Translations under genes and position numbers: made by a program
DNA from: Eledone cirrhosa
Taxonomy: Eukaryota
Direction of reading: 5' to 3'
NCBI GenBank assembly: GCA_964016885.1
Contig: OZ024741.1
Span: 355,570,001-355,634,000 of the forward strand
DNA length: 64,000 nt
Shown: positions 24,927 through 38,589 of the stretch, in pieces
Layout of the letters: the number at the start of each line of letters is the position of its first letter
Numbering within the stretch: the first letter of the stretch is position 1
The notes under the pieces: generated by a model
Seen by the model: the letters and a program-made list of their open reading frames with translations, nothing else
Told to the model about the DNA's origin: nothing
Database searches by the model: none

Positions 24927-27209
24927 TAGCAGTGGTACCCGGCGTTGCACAGGATAAGGTATTGTGAAATATATAACCGCCTTAGCTAAGCTTAGTATTG
25001 CCACAACCATGACTGGCAAAGAAGTAAGGGTCTGGTGGTACGTAAGTAAGCAACACTGTGGCTTAAAACGTGAGGAAGAAGTTGTGTGCACTTACCAACT
25101 GTTTGGGGAATGAGTGTGAGATTTGTCTTGAGCAAGGGTGGCAGAATAACCGGAGGCAGCAGACAGCCAGACATACAGACAGATATTATAAGGGCGCATT
25201 CTGGACGCAGAGGAAATTGTGGAAGTGACGTAATGCAGACAGCCAGGCATACAGACAAATATTATAAGGGCGCGACGTTATATGTATGTATCTATCTAAA
25301 AAGAGAAAGACTAAGAATTATAGAGAGAGATCGCTAAATCGCCTAATGCGGTCCCTAGGGCATTGAAAATTTGAAATTTTGCTCAGAACACTACCTGAAA
25401 CATAAGTATTACATCTGTAAAGTTTGAAAACAGTCGGTTGGGTGGTTCTCGAGTTTTAGGGATTCAAACTCATACACACACAGACAGACATCCTCAGTTT
25501 TATATATATAGACTAGCAGAAAACCACCCGGTGGGCGGTTTTCTGCTAGCAAATCTAGTGTATATACTGATATTGTTGAGATTTGGATGAGAAATATTTT
25601 CGGCACCACATGTTCACCGTCTCTCGGTGTGTGTTTTATGCATGTATAAATATATATGTTATCTATACGGTGAAATCTTTGAAATAAATATATGTTAAAA
25701 CGAAAAAGGATAAAAAGAGATAAGTGACGGAAATATAAACGTTATGATACATAAACGTTATGATATAACGATGGAAATATATAAACGTTTACGATAAAAC
25801 GATGGAAATAGAAACGTTTATATATAATGATAAGCCGAAACACTCGTAAGCCGAAACACTCGTAAGTCGAAACACTCGTAAGTCGAAACACTCGTAAAGC
25901 GAAACGTATAAAAAAAGATTAATGTAATGAATTTGAAAAGCATATAGATTTGAAACCGCGTCTATTTGTTTCCTTGGCATTTTTTACAGACGGACAGACA
26001 GACAAACAAACAGAGAAATGCCCATTATATATTATAAGTAGACTTGGCATGGTGTCAAGTCAGAACCGCCTCAAACTGGTTACTTCTGGCTTGTGCAAGG
26101 TGTCTCTATAGCAACCAGCGATTCCCTCGGCCTCAGTGACCAAAGTCAGTGGAGAGGGGAAGGTAATGTTTCTATAGCGACAGTGTTTCTCTTGGTAGTA
26201 CCAAAGTGGAGAAAGGAAGGGGAAGGTAATATTTCTGTAGCACCTACATTTGAGTTTTAGGGAAGGACAGACAGACAGACAAACAGAGAAATGCCCATAT
26301 ATTTCTGTGTGTGTATATATATATATATATATATTACACACACAGAAATGTATATATATTTCTGTGTGTGTATACATATATATATTACACACACAGAAAT
26401 GTATATATATTTCTTAGAACAAAATTATTATTAATGTTTTGCTGTTCATAACAATTGGAATTGAAAAATTACTTTTGAAATTATTAGTTATTTTACTAAT
26501 GCTTAGATATGTAAAAATGAAGCAATGTTTCTAATAATTGTTTCTACTTTTGGCACAAGGCCAGTAATTACCCAGTACATTACTGGTACTTTATTTTATC
26601 GACCCCGTGAGGATGAAAGACAAAGTTAACCTCGGCGGTATTTGAACTCAGACCGTAAAGGGACGTAACTCCATGCTATGAAGCATGGTGTCCGACTCTC
26701 TACAGATTCTGCCAATCCACCGCCCTAATGTCTGTACGTAATGAGGGAGTGAGAGGGGAGAGAAAGAAAAGCAGAGGTGAAGTGACGAAGTGACTCTCTC
26801 CTCCTCCTCCCCCTCCTCCATCTCCCCATTCGTCACAGCGATAGAGAGGAGGAATGTTAGTGTGTTACAAAGAGAAAGAATGAGAGTGAGAGAACAGACA
26901 GACTAAAAGAGAGGGATAGCTGGAGAGAGAGAGAGATAGCAACAGATACAGTACAGTAGCTAAGGGATGTATATATATTTCTGTGTGTGTATATATATAT
27001 ATATTACACACACAGAAATGTATATATGTTTCTGTAGCACTCCTCAATTCTCCCCTCTCTCCCTCCCGCTATCCGCCTCTTGTAGTCTGTCTCTTTCTTT
27101 CACTCTCACTCTCTCTCTACGCGTGCGCAAAAAACATTCGCACGCGCGCACGTGTTTCCACTGTCGGACAGACAGACAGAGAAATTGCTGGTTATATATT
27201 ATAAGGAGA
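24926..27209 (-). mobile_element. Three non-autonomous Helitrons stacked head-to-tail (24926-25512, 25513-26042, 26043-27209)
   Basis: On the minus strand each starts with TC and ends with a GC-rich hairpin plus CTAG (CAAG for the third). The outer flanks are A and T. A SINE is nested at ~26533-26725. Confidence 0.7.
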
Positions 27210-27246
27210 TGAGTGTGTGTGTGTGATTATGTATGTATATATATAT

Positions 27247-27281
<35 letters not shown>

Positions 27282-27659
27282 TTGAATTGGTTGTTTGTTA
27301 AACAGATTCAACCATGACTAATGCTTAGTGTGCCATTGATTCAAGAAGCAACAAATATTGATAGGACATGATATCTAAAGTTTCACCAGCCCCAGTCCAA
27401 AATGTAAAAATATAAAAGAATTTTACACATTTGGAATACAAACAGTATTTAAAAAAAAAATAATAATGAAAATTGTGTACAGTGCTCAGGTGCACTACAT
27501 TTCATCATCATAACAATTATCATACTTCCGTCTTTCCATGCTGGACAAGTCATTTTAATTAATTTACAGAACTTTGCATGTCTAGCCACTAAACAGTATG
27601 AGTTTTGTTAATATAGGGCTTAAACAAACATCACCACATCATGCTGTGAAGTATTTTAA

Positions 27660-27833
27660 CCCTTTAGCATTTACATTACTCTATATTTACTATTATATTT
27701 TCATGGTTAAGTCTTTATCTCACATAATATCGAATCTATGAGATTTTGATATTATTTATTTTGAGAACAATCCCTTAACATCAGTATGAGCGGAAAGAGG
27801 TGAAAAAATTCTGACTGGATATATGCTAAAGGA
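27660..27833. mobile_element. TTAA MITE (piggyBac-type)
   Basis: TTAA-CCCTTTAGCAT...ATGCTAAAGGA-TTAA. Confidence 0.7.
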
Positions 27834-27912
27834 TTAAAGTGATCATATCACAGCTACCTTACTAAGTGTATGAGAATGCCAAATGCTAGTATTTCACTAT
27901 CTTTATCCATCA

Positions 27913-29191
27913 CTAGCAGTAAAGCCCGGCGTTGCTCGGGGTCGCTCAGTAGCTGTGTTAAAGTTACAATGTTAAGTTTCTTTTTTGGCTTAAAAACTGT
28001 AGTGTCTACTGTGCAGACTTGCATGTGGTGTTTTTGATTAATATTACCTCAACCAACAATATGCCTTATGAAGTTAAGAAAACATAACGATAACCCGAAT
28101 TAAAGTAAATTCAGCCTTATAAGACCGTAAAATTAATTTAAACGTTTAATAGGGAAAGTTTGCTAACCGTCGTAATAAAAAAATAAATATCAATAACTTA
28201 CGAAGTAATGAACTCGCCGAACTTTTAAAGCGTTGTAGCATACAAAGGCAGTACAGTGCAAATGAAGCTATTAAACAAACTGGAGATTCCAATTCACTCT
28301 ACTAAAGATTTACTTAATCGTCTGCACATTCGCTAATCGTCTGCTCATTCCATAAAAGGGAAATAATCGCCTATATCACCTCTCTGCATGACTATCTGTC
28401 TGCACGCCTATATCACCTCTCTGCATGACTATCTGTCTGCACGCCTATATCACCTCTCTGCACGACTATCTGTCTGCACGCGTATATCACCTCTCTGCAC
28501 GACTATCTGTCTGCACGACTGTCTGTCTGCACGCCTAACGAAATTTACAGATACATATATTTTAAATAAACTTATATAATTTTTGCTTTTTTTTACGAAA
28601 TATTTGCTTGTTTTACGTAGTCTTTAAATAGACTTGTTTTCAAGTAAAAATATTGTTTTAAAAGGCTTTTAAATGGAAATGAAGCAAAACGGAAGCTTAG
28701 TGTTCGAACTGATGAATTTTGCAGGTCAAAATTTTGCTGGCTCGACAACTGTTCGTGTATTGTGTTAATGTCATTTTAAACGCTGAGAAAGCCAGCGTAA
28801 TTTTTTTAATTTTTGCCAGCGTAATTTTTTTAATTTTTGCACGCAGAAAATGTAAACAGAACGTAAGACGCTACGCTGAATGTAAACAGAACAAAGGGAA
28901 ATCATTTTTTTAATTTTTGCACGCAGAAAATGTAAAGAGAACGTAAGACGCTACGCTGAATGTAAACAGAACAAAGGGAAATAACTGATCACTTACGCTC
29001 AAAAATCGATACATTATATTCGATTTCGTCAGATAGGGCGGGTCAATTTGAAATTTTTTTTTTCCGATGTCTTCGCTAGGGCTCAATGTACAAGTATAGC
29101 AATTTCGGTGCAATTCCGTGGGAGATTCTAAGAGGAGATGTGTGCCAAAAATCGATAGACAGACAGACAACCTCAGTTTTATATATATAGA
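27913..29191 (-). mobile_element. Non-autonomous Helitron with an internal 37-bp minisatellite
   Basis: 5' A|TCTATATATATAAAACTGAGG and 3' cccgagcaacgccggg...CTAG|T. 37-bp unit, about 4.5 copies, at 28368-28535. Direct repeat of about 80 bp at 28825-28980. Confidence 0.8.
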
Positions 29192-29367
29192 TTAGTGTTG
29201 TTTAAATTAATAGTTTATATATAGATTTTGCAAACAATACATTTTTAAAGATGTTCATTTGTATATAGTGCAGGTCTAACAGGCTAGTCTTAATTATCAA
29301 TAGCACTAATACAACATGATTTGGTGTGGAAACATGTATGGAAGCATATACAATATGTTTATGTATG

Positions 29368-29928
29368 ATAATTGTTTCTACTTTTGGCACAAGGCCAGCA
29401 ATTAGCCCAGTGCATTACTGGTACTTTATTTTATTGACCCCGTAAAGATGAAAGACAACGTTAACCTCGGCGGGATTTGAACTCAGTCCATAAAGGGACG
29501 TAACTGTGCTGCAAAGCATGGCGTCCGACCCTCTACCGATACTACCAATCGTCGCCGTGTAAATGTATGATAATGGCACTCCATCGGTTATGATGAGGAG
29601 TATTCCAATTGATCTGATCAATGGAACAGCCTACTCGTGAAATTAACATGCAAGTGGCTGAACATTCCACAGACATGTGTACCCTTAATGTTGGAAGGAA
29701 CAAACAAAATGCAGGAGTCAGTTGTACACAAGAGATTCAGTGTGACACGAAATGTGACAAGATTGGCCCTTCGAATTACAGGTACAACTCATATTTGCCA
29801 GCTGAGTGAACAGGAGCAATGTGAAATAAAGTGTCTTTGTTCAAGGACACAACACGCTGTCAGGAATAGAACTCACAACCTTACAATTGTGAGCTGAATA
29901 CCTTAACCACAAAGCAACACACTTTCAC
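29368..29928 (-). mobile_element. Meta-type SINE (29368-29556) adjacent to a CORE-type SINE (29560-29928)
   Basis: Shared motifs with the other copies and tRNA-like B-boxes. Confidence 0.7.
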
Positions 29929-30302
29929 ATTTATGTATAGTATATATACAGTCTAAATGTTTATAGTATATTTACTAGTGGACAGACCTTTGTGAAAAAC
30001 TGCAGTTATTAGAGTAAAGACTTTAATTTTTAATGTGATGCAGTCATAATGTTGTTTTGCACTTTTCAAGAGTGTTCTGTTAATGTGGTTTCATGTGGTA
30101 CAGGATGCTAAGAGTTAAGCTATGATCATGTCACAGTAACTGCAGTAACGATATAAGAATGATAAATGCTAGGATGTTTATCCATCCTCAGTGATCTACT
30201 TATTTGGCACAGTGGTAGATAAACTATTAGTTTATATATAGATTTTGCAAATAATACACTTCTGGATATGTTCATTTGCATATAGTGCAGGCCTGATATA
30301 TT

Positions 30303-30334
<32 letters not shown>

Positions 30335-30570
30335 TGTATGTATGTATGTATGTATGTATGTATGTATGTATGTATGTGTGTTAAAGTACCAGAAACGGCC
30401 GTTTGGGTGCTCTCCCTTGGTTTTTAAGACCAGTGGTGAGTTTCACCACTTCTAAAATTTAAAGCAAGGTTAAAAAAATGTTCATTTACATGAAACTTTC
30501 ATATATGATTCAATATACAACCCAAGTTATGTATCAATGGTATATCAGAGCATCACTACTTTTCATATAT

Positions 30571-30680
30571 ATAGGAAAAGAGTCATGACCCCGACGGCTG
30601 AGGTCCAGCCGTTTCGACAGCTAGATCTAGCTGTCGAAATGGCCAGGGCTCAGGCGTCAGGGTCATGACTCTTTTCCTAT
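30571..30680. repeat. Imperfect palindrome of about 110 bp
   Basis: ataggaaaagagtcatgaccc...ttcgacagctaga|tctagctgtcgaa...gggtcatgactcttttcctat. Confidence 0.9.
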
Positions 30681-30777
30681 TACCCACTCTACTACCCTAA
30701 GTATCGAGTACTGTGGTGTGTTATGGTCCACCTGGTTTCTTAACACACTTTCTTTGTTTTATATATATGTGTATATA

Positions 30778-31640
30778 CAGGGTGCGGACGATATTTGTTC
30801 ACAATTTTCAACTGCTAATTTTATACAAATTTTTTTTACTTTCATTGTCACTCTTGTCTTCATAAAAACAGTGACTATATTTCCATTATTTATTTTCAGA
30901 ATAATTGATTATGAATAATTTTGAACCTCCAAATTCGTGGAAGAGACATGGAGTTCTTCTTGGAATCCGCGCCGGGAGGACAAATAAGACCAGAAGATCA
31001 GCTCCCAGAACAACAGGTGGCTCGCTGTCTCATCCAAAGACATGCCCAGAGTCATACAGACAAAGTTTCCAGCGACAACATTGGTCTTAGGTGTTGTCAG
31101 CAGTCAAGGTGACATCATGCCACCTCACTTCTTCCCTGAGGGCCTCAAGCTGAACGCCAATAGCTACATCCGCGTTCTGAGCGAGGTAGTAAAAACCTGG
31201 ATCGACCTGCAGGTAGGCCGTACGTGTGACAGCAAGACTCAGCGCCTGCCATACCAGCCAAAAGACCCAAGTCTGGCTGTCAGAGAACTTCGTCGACCAC
31301 ACTTCACCTGACATCTGGCCTCCCAGCTTGCCTGACTGCAACCCCCTCGACTTCTTTGTGTGGGGCGCAGTGGAACGAGACACCAACAGATCTAGCTGCA
31401 ATATGAAAGATGATCTGAAGGCCAGGATTACAAGTGCCTTTAGGGGCCTAAGTTGGGGGACAGTGATGAAGGCCTGTAGCCAGTTCCGAGGCCGCCTTGA
31501 GGCCGTCATCAAAGCCAATGGCGGGTTTATTGAGTGAGATCGAATGAACAAATCATGAAGACAAACTGACCCAAGTTTGATAAATATATCTTAAAAAATA
31601 AAACTACTGTGTTATTTTTCCTAGACAATATCGTCCGCAC

Positions 31641-31644
<4 letters not shown>
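30778..31644 (+). mobile_element. Tc1/mariner superfamily maT-type (DD37D) element, internally deleted
   Basis: TA-CAGGGTGCGGACGATATT...AATATCGTCCGCACTCTG-TA TIRs. QDSA.CHTS...WPPSLPDCNPLD gives 37-residue D-D spacing after correcting one frameshift. Confidence 0.85.
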
Positions 31645-31720
<76 letters not shown>

Positions 31721-31723
<3 letters not shown>

Positions 31724-33412
31724 CGTTTCTGAATTTGGTGGGGCAGTAGACTTAAACAAAAACTTAAAGAACAATTAGAAGACAGCTTAACCCTGATAAT
31801 GTACTCCCGCTACGTAGATGATATAAACATCGTAGTTAAGACACCCCCACTAAAGAACAGTCAGGAACCAGAGAAAAACACAATGGAAAGCATCCAGCAA
31901 ATAGCAAACTCCATCCACCAGAGCATTAGAGTTACTATAGACTACCCAAGTAGACACCCCAACCATCGATTACCTGTACTAGACACAGAGCTCTGGTTAG
32001 ATACTATTAACAACCAAAAACAAATCCTCCATTCCCATTATGCCAAACCCATGACTTCCAAACATCTGATCCACCGAAACTCGGCCATTTCGGACCATAC
32101 CAAAATCAACATACTGATTGCGGATTTGATACGGGTGATGAGAAATGTGTCCCGCATGTGCAACCCCGAAGAACTAGAGAGACACATACAACACTTCATC
32201 CACCGTATGCAGTTCTCTGGCTACAATCAGAGAGATAGAATCAGAGTGTATAAAGGAGCCAGAACCAAATGGGAAAAAATGGTAAATAATGACATAAATG
32301 GGACCTGCCCCTTGTATAGGAGCAAATTTTGGAATAGAATAGAAAGAACTAAGAACAAGGCCAATAGAATAAACTCATGGTATGATAGCAATAAATACCA
32401 GAGTGTAATGTTCATCAATACAACCCCTAGAGGCGAATTAGCCTACAAATTTAGAAGGGCCCTAAAGAAACATAATCTCAATATTAAGATAGTAGAAAGA
32501 CCTGGTACCTCCGTAAAAACACTTATTAGCAAGACATACCCATTCCAAAGACCCTCATGTATAGATAAGAAATGTATAACCTGTAAAATAAGCCCCCATA
32601 TTAACTGTAAAACTAGAAATGTAGTATATAGCATAAGATGTACTGAAGGACAATGTAGAAACAAAAATATAGTGTACATAGGTGAGACAGCTCGTAGTAT
32701 AGGGGAACGAATAAATGAACACTGGCGAGACCTCCAAGATAGTAAAGAATCATCTGTGCTCTACCAACATGCTAAGATAGAACACAGGGGTAAATTAGAG
32801 AGCATAGAAATAAAAATAGAATCCACACACAAGAAAGACGCAATGTTTAGGCAAATTACAGAGGCAGTAAGCATAAAAGAATTAAAAGCAAAATTAAATA
32901 GAAAATATGAGTGGAACAGCAACATCACAACTTACAATTAAGGACAAAATGAAAACACACACACACATAGAACAAACAACTTACAATTGAAAACACACAC
33001 AAAATGAAAACACACACACACATAGAACAAACAACCAACCAACAATAAATAAATAAATAAACAAACAAATATAAATAGAAAAATAGAAAAATGAACACAA
33101 ACACACACAGACACCCGGATGTGGCGCATGCGCAAACTGAGCACGCAACCCACACACAAACAAAATGGCGTAGGATAGAAGAAAGGAAAGGCACAGAAAC
33201 GAAGAAAGAAATCCCCAGTCACTGAAGAGGTCACAGAGTGTGTGACGAAAGAACTATGACTATATATATATAAACAACTATCTGGTTGTGGAACCAACCA
33301 ACCAACCAGAAATTTATAAATTTGTAAATTTATAAATATATATTAAATTAAATTGAAGTGAAAGCAACTGGTGCGTGTGTTTCTTATTGGCAACATGACC
33401 CTCCCAAAGTAT

Positions 33413-33416
<4 letters not shown>
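31721..33416 (+). mobile_element. Penelope-like element, 5'-truncated (end of RT plus GIY-YIG), inserted in (TA)n; possibly Naiad-like
   Basis: ORF 31799..32941 contains RYVDD, LPVLD, CxxxxCxxC and VVY..YIGET..ERINEH. Hammerhead motif in the 3' repeat. Confidence 0.88.
33217..33261 (+). ncRNA. Minimal type I hammerhead ribozyme
   Basis: AGTCA-CTGAAGA-G-GTCACA-gagtg-TGTGAC-GAAAG-AA-CTA-TGACT: intact core with perfect stems I and II. Confidence 0.8.
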
Positions 33417-33472
<56 letters not shown>

Positions 33473-33560
33473 TATGTTAAGGTATCAATACATTTTTAAT
33501 ATTTATGTTGATTATATTTTCAATAAATAAGCTCTTGGACCTTGGCCTGAATTTGTGTAT

Positions 33561-33608
<48 letters not shown>

Positions 33609-34362
33609 AGATCAAAAGATGGTTAAAGGAGTTCCATGTATTTTATTATGCGCATTTCAAAAACAAACATGATCATGCAATAATATTTGTGTTTTCATCA
33701 TATATATATATATGTATATGCAAGTATATATATATGTAAGTATAAATGCATCTATGTATGCCTGTAAGCATGTATACCTACATTATGATCTGACTTTACC
33801 ATTAAACACTACTCTATAAATCAAACCCTGCACTGCCATCACCCCGTTCCCATACTTACACACACCCTTGAAGGCATCTCAAACATCTTATTAGGAACAG
33901 ATTGCTACTAGCTTTTGTGTGTGCTGACACCTTTCCCATCTTACATTATCCCCCACCCTCTCTTTCTTTACTGAACTCCCAATTTCAACTTTAACAGGTT
34001 TTGAGAGTATAAATGAGCCAAAGCTTTAGCTCACTTGAAATGTATATAGAGAGACATAGACATATTTACATACAAAGGCATCAACACACATATACACACA
34101 GAGGCACGCATGCATACATGCACACATACTCACACTGACACACACACACACACATAAACACATGTGCATACAGACAGACAGACAGATAGACACACACACA
34201 CACACACAAATATATATATATATATATATATAACCTATGCAGGCATGGAGAAAGTATGTTAAATAGTGATGATGATATATTTATATTTATATATATAAAT
34301 CTAAGTAAGTATACGTACATACATATATGTATACAGATGTACAGTAGTATGTATATATATAT

Positions 34363-34700
34363 GGAGGCATATGGCTAAGCGGTTAGAGCATTGGCCTTGC
34401 AATCGAAAGGTTGTGAGTTCAATTCTCGGACCGGGTGATGTGTTGTTTCCTTGAGCAAGAGACTTTATTTCACATTGTTCCAGTTTACTCAGCTGTAGAA
34501 ATGAGATGATAGGGACCCCAGTCCCTATTATTCAACTGTAAAGTGGTCGTGGAGGTGCCATGGCAAAAAAGCACCCAGCACTCACTGTAAATGAGGTTGG
34601 TGTTAGGAAGGGCATCCAGCTGTAGAAATCAAGCCAGCATCAGTTCCCGTCCCACCCTTGCAAGCAGGGAAAAGTGGACGTAAAATGATGATGATGATGA
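34363..34700 (+). mobile_element. Full-length tRNA-derived CORE-type SINE with RTE-like 3' tail
   Basis: A-box TGGCTAAGCGG, B-box GTTCAATTC, CORE-like block, and tail gttggtgttaggaagggcatccagctgtagaaa...(GAT)n. Confidence 0.85.
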
Positions 34701-35200
34701 TACATGCACACATATATATATATGTACGTATGGATTCACCGAACATTTATTATAATGCTCGGTGTGTTTGTAAACAAACATCCCGTATTAAGCCATAGTA
34801 TTTAGCAACCATCGTTGCTCGTTTGTTCAACACTGACAAAGAAATGCTGTACTAGTTTCAAGCTTATTAGCTATCGTCAGCAACGTATACCTTCCTGCCA
34901 GATGATTGACCGTCTGAAAGTATATACATTCCTTATGCATATTAACGGCTGAGCAGCCTAATTTGCATATCGAGTGGGTTAATCGGCCGGGTGCACCGAA
35001 AATGATAAACGGAAAAAATGAAACAAAATTTCATTTCCCACTCTTAGTACAGCTGTTACTTAAATATAAGTATGTATACGTACATACATATATGTATACA
35101 GACGTACAGTAGTATGTATATATATAATCATACATGCATACATATATATATGTACGTATGGATTCACCAAACATTTATTATAATGCTCGGTGTGTTTGTA
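34700..35200 (-). mobile_element. Retrozyme-like 428-bp tandem unit with a hammerhead motif
   Basis: Direct repeats offset by 428 bp (34732 vs 35160). Minus-strand CTGACGA-T-AGCT-aata-AGCT-T-GAAAC-TA-GTA at ~34844-34886. Confidence 0.6.
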
Positions 35201-35606
35201 TATATATATATATTTATATAAATACAACACCCCACCCTCTCCTACATACCTAGATCTACCTCCCTAATCCCCCAGCCCACACTGTAAAGTGGTCATGTAG
35301 GCATCACACCAAAAAGTACCCAGTACACACTGTAAATGTGGTTGGCATTAGCAAGGGCTTACAGTTCTGTATAAGAAAGACATGGTGACCTGATATGTTT
35401 TGTCTCACAATGGGCTAACTCATCTAACCCATGCTAACATGGAAAAATGGACATCAAACGGTGATGATGAAGATGATATATATACATGAACGTACATACA
35501 CTCATTCACATTCACATGCACATGGACACACACACGCACATATATTCTTTTACTAGCTTCAGTCATTGATTACCATTAAGCTTGGGCATTCTCTTTAAGA
35601 ACTGAA

Positions 35607-35701
35607 GACAGTCACCCATCTATATACAAAATAGGCTTGATGTTGCTTAATTTTGGTGATTGGATAAAAACCAATGTTTTCAGCATGATTTGTTTGTATA
35701 T
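35607..35701 (-). pseudogene. Degenerate 5S rRNA pseudogene or SINE3 head
   Basis: gtcacccatc...tgcttaattttggtgattggataaaaacc..gttttcagcatg aligns by eye with the reverse complement of animal 5S rRNA, with CpG decay. Confidence 0.65.
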
Positions 35702-35719
35702 GGCATCGATCGCACCACT

Positions 35720-36000
35720 TCACTTACTCCATGCCAGCCCTATCAACTGACTGCCCTTCCCTCCTTACCTACCACCCTTCTACCTGCCCCTCCAACTTCT
35801 CTGCCACCTACAGGCTGATCTCTCCACCTCACCCATTTTCCCTTCATTTAAGTGCGCTCATAATCTTCGGAACCTCCTCGTCCACAACGCCCTTACTCCC
35901 CCACAACACATCTGGATCCCACCCCTGTTCCCGACCCCGCTGCCATACTTACAGCTTTATCTCCAATATCACCACCCTTTTCCGTCTCTTTTTCACAGAC
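35720..36000 (+). mobile_element. PLE linker remnant
   Basis: NLRNLLVH...SGSHPCSRPRCHT resembles the PLE Cys-rich linker. Confidence 0.5.
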
Positions 36001-37348
36001 ACATTATAAACTTCTACATACATACACACATTAAAATTTAATGTTTTATTTTAGTTTACTGCAAATTTTCACAATGATACATCCCCTAGATACTATAAAC
36101 GTTTGAATTAACAAATCCTTTTTTAGATATTTTCTGCTATATTATTACAAGATGTTAAGAGTTAATATGTATGCAGATGGCATAGACATGTATGGGTGTG
36201 TATGTATGTACATTTGGCACATGGTCAAGTAGTTAAGGGGTTTGCTTTTTAATCAGAAGGTTCTTGGTTCAATCTCCCATTATGCAGAATCTTGTGCAAG
36301 TGTTTTCTACTATAACCTCTGGGTTAACTGAAGTCTTGTGGGTAAAATTGGGAAGATGGAAACTAAGCAGAAGCCATTCAGATGTACTGTGCATGTGATT
36401 CGAAGGCTCAGTCATGTCATGCAGTGTCAAGAGTCTGAGGACTACAATGGAAGTCACCTGATATAGTCAGTTTGGGACAAAGCCTTTTCTGAGAACTATA
36501 ACTAGCTGATAACATTATTTGTGATTCTAATAAGCAGCTTCCACTGTATATATATATATATCATCATCATCATCATCATCATCATCATTGCTTTTACATC
36601 TGCTTTCCACAACAGCATCAGTTATACAGGTTGTCAGGATCCAAAATCAAATGGATTGGAGCAACCTCATCTCATTCATACTTTTCATATTTTACATGAT
36701 TTCTACCGCTGGATATCTTTCCTAACACCGACCACCTTACAGAGAGCACTGGGTGTATTTTATCATCATCCTCATCATAATCATTTTTACATAAACTATG
36801 TTATCTATGTTAGCATAGGTTGGATGAAACTTTTTGAGGTAGCATTCTATGGCCAGGTATGCTCCCTGACACCATCCCTTTCTTGTTATTCAATATTTGC
36901 ACATCTAACTACTGATCTGCAAGACATATTGTTTATGTAGGATGGAAACAAATGTGCCTGCTTTTATGCCCCACCCACCACATACATACATCATCATAAT
37001 CATCATCATCATTTTTATGTCCACTTTTCTATGCTGATATGGGTTGGAGAGGAAGTTTTGAAACAATGTTTTATAGCCATGTGCCCTTCCTAGTGCCAAC
37101 CATTTTAGTCACCTCTTACAACATGCAGGTAAATGGCGTACCTATTCTAAAAACTGTCCTCTAAATTTCACTCACAAGGCATTGGTAAATCTGAAGCTAT
37201 AGTAGAAGACTCTTAACTAAAGTGCTATACAGTGGGAGTGGATTTAAAACAACATGGCTGCAAAGCTAACTTCTTAACCACACAGCCATGCTCCCAGCTA
37301 TTGTTTGGAAAGAGAGAAAACCCCCAAAGACATTACCAAAAGACATAC

Positions 37349-37461
37349 CTGAATGACACCGGGTATAAACAAACGAATTTGGTTTAATGTAAAGTTCTCT
37401 GTTCCAACATTCTTCAATTTGGGTATGTTCTCTCCATGGATTTGGGATGTGGTCTGGTATT
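37349..37461 (-). CDS. Coding exon 3 of the DSL gene
   Basis: ttccag|(E)YQTTSQIHGENIPKLKNVGTENFTLNQIRLFIPGVIQ|gtatgt, phase 1-0. NQIRLF resembles Delta NPIRFPF. Confidence 0.72.
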
Positions 37462-38002
37462 CTGGAATGGTACAAATTTAACTGAGAGAAACTATGATCC
37501 TTTGATAACAACAACAACAACTTTACAATGACAACCACACTACACCACCAATACAACAACAATATCAACATGCCAACAACATTATAACAACAACAACACT
37601 ACATCACCTACATCACACAAACAACACTGCAACAATACTACACCACCAGGATCACCACCTCCACCACCACCACCACTACCATTAGTGACAGCACAACTCA
37701 ATGAAAATGCTACAATAATAGCAGCCACAACATAACAACAACAACAACACTACAATATTACAATAACAACAACACTACAATACCACAACAACAACAACAC
37801 CATTACTGCAATATTATAACAGCAACAACATTATCCACAACAACAAAAACACCACAATTGCAATATTACAATAACAACAACACTGCAACTCAACAACAAC
37901 AACAGTAACAACCACAACAAAAACACCACAATTACAATATTACAACAACAGCAACACTGCAACAACAACAACAACAACTACAACAGCAGCAGTATCTCTT
38001 AC

Positions 38003-38213
38003 CATTCAAAAAGGTAAATCTTCGCTGCACAAAACAGTTTTCATATGTATTTGAACCGTTTATCTTTCTCAGACAAACATTTATTATTATGAAGTCGGAA
38101 GTGAAGTTTGCATTGGTGTTCTGACATGTTTCCCCAAAACAGGATCTCTGGATTGAAGTCAGCAATGGATCAAGATCCAGATCCAATATGGAATTGCCAA
38201 ATATAAAAACAAA
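38003..38213 (-). CDS. Coding exon 2 of the DSL gene (end of signal peptide and start of MNNL/C2-like domain)
   Basis: tttccag|FVFIFGNSILDLD...SCFGETCQ...INVCLRK...ENCFVQRRFTFLN+G|gtaaga. VCLRK resembles Delta VCLKH. Confidence 0.78.
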
Positions 38214-38589
38214 CTGGAAAATATTAATAATAGTAATTTGTGTAGGAGCTCTGAAATAGCAATGTATATATGAATGTACGCATTGTATATTTAATAATAT
38301 ATTCTATATTTATTTTAAAACATTTTGAAGGCCTTTCACTATGAATTTAAGGTAGTGACTATAGTCACATACCTAGCTTCAGCAAAAACAAAGGGTTTTC
38401 AAAATGTTTTTAAATAAACATGTTATTAAATATACAATACGTACATTAATAATAGTAATTACTTCTTTTATTGGCCACAAGGGACTTAAAAATGCTGGGG
38501 GACAATGCAAGAACAAAGACAACATAGAGTGGGGTTTACATTGAGTAAAAGAAAGGGGACATCACCAGAGGGAAATCAGTAGGTATGAT

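Noticed and set aside
28368-28535. Regular 37-bp repeats resembling a CRISPR array
   Set aside because: There are no unique spacers. It is a minisatellite inside a Helitron in eukaryotic DNA.
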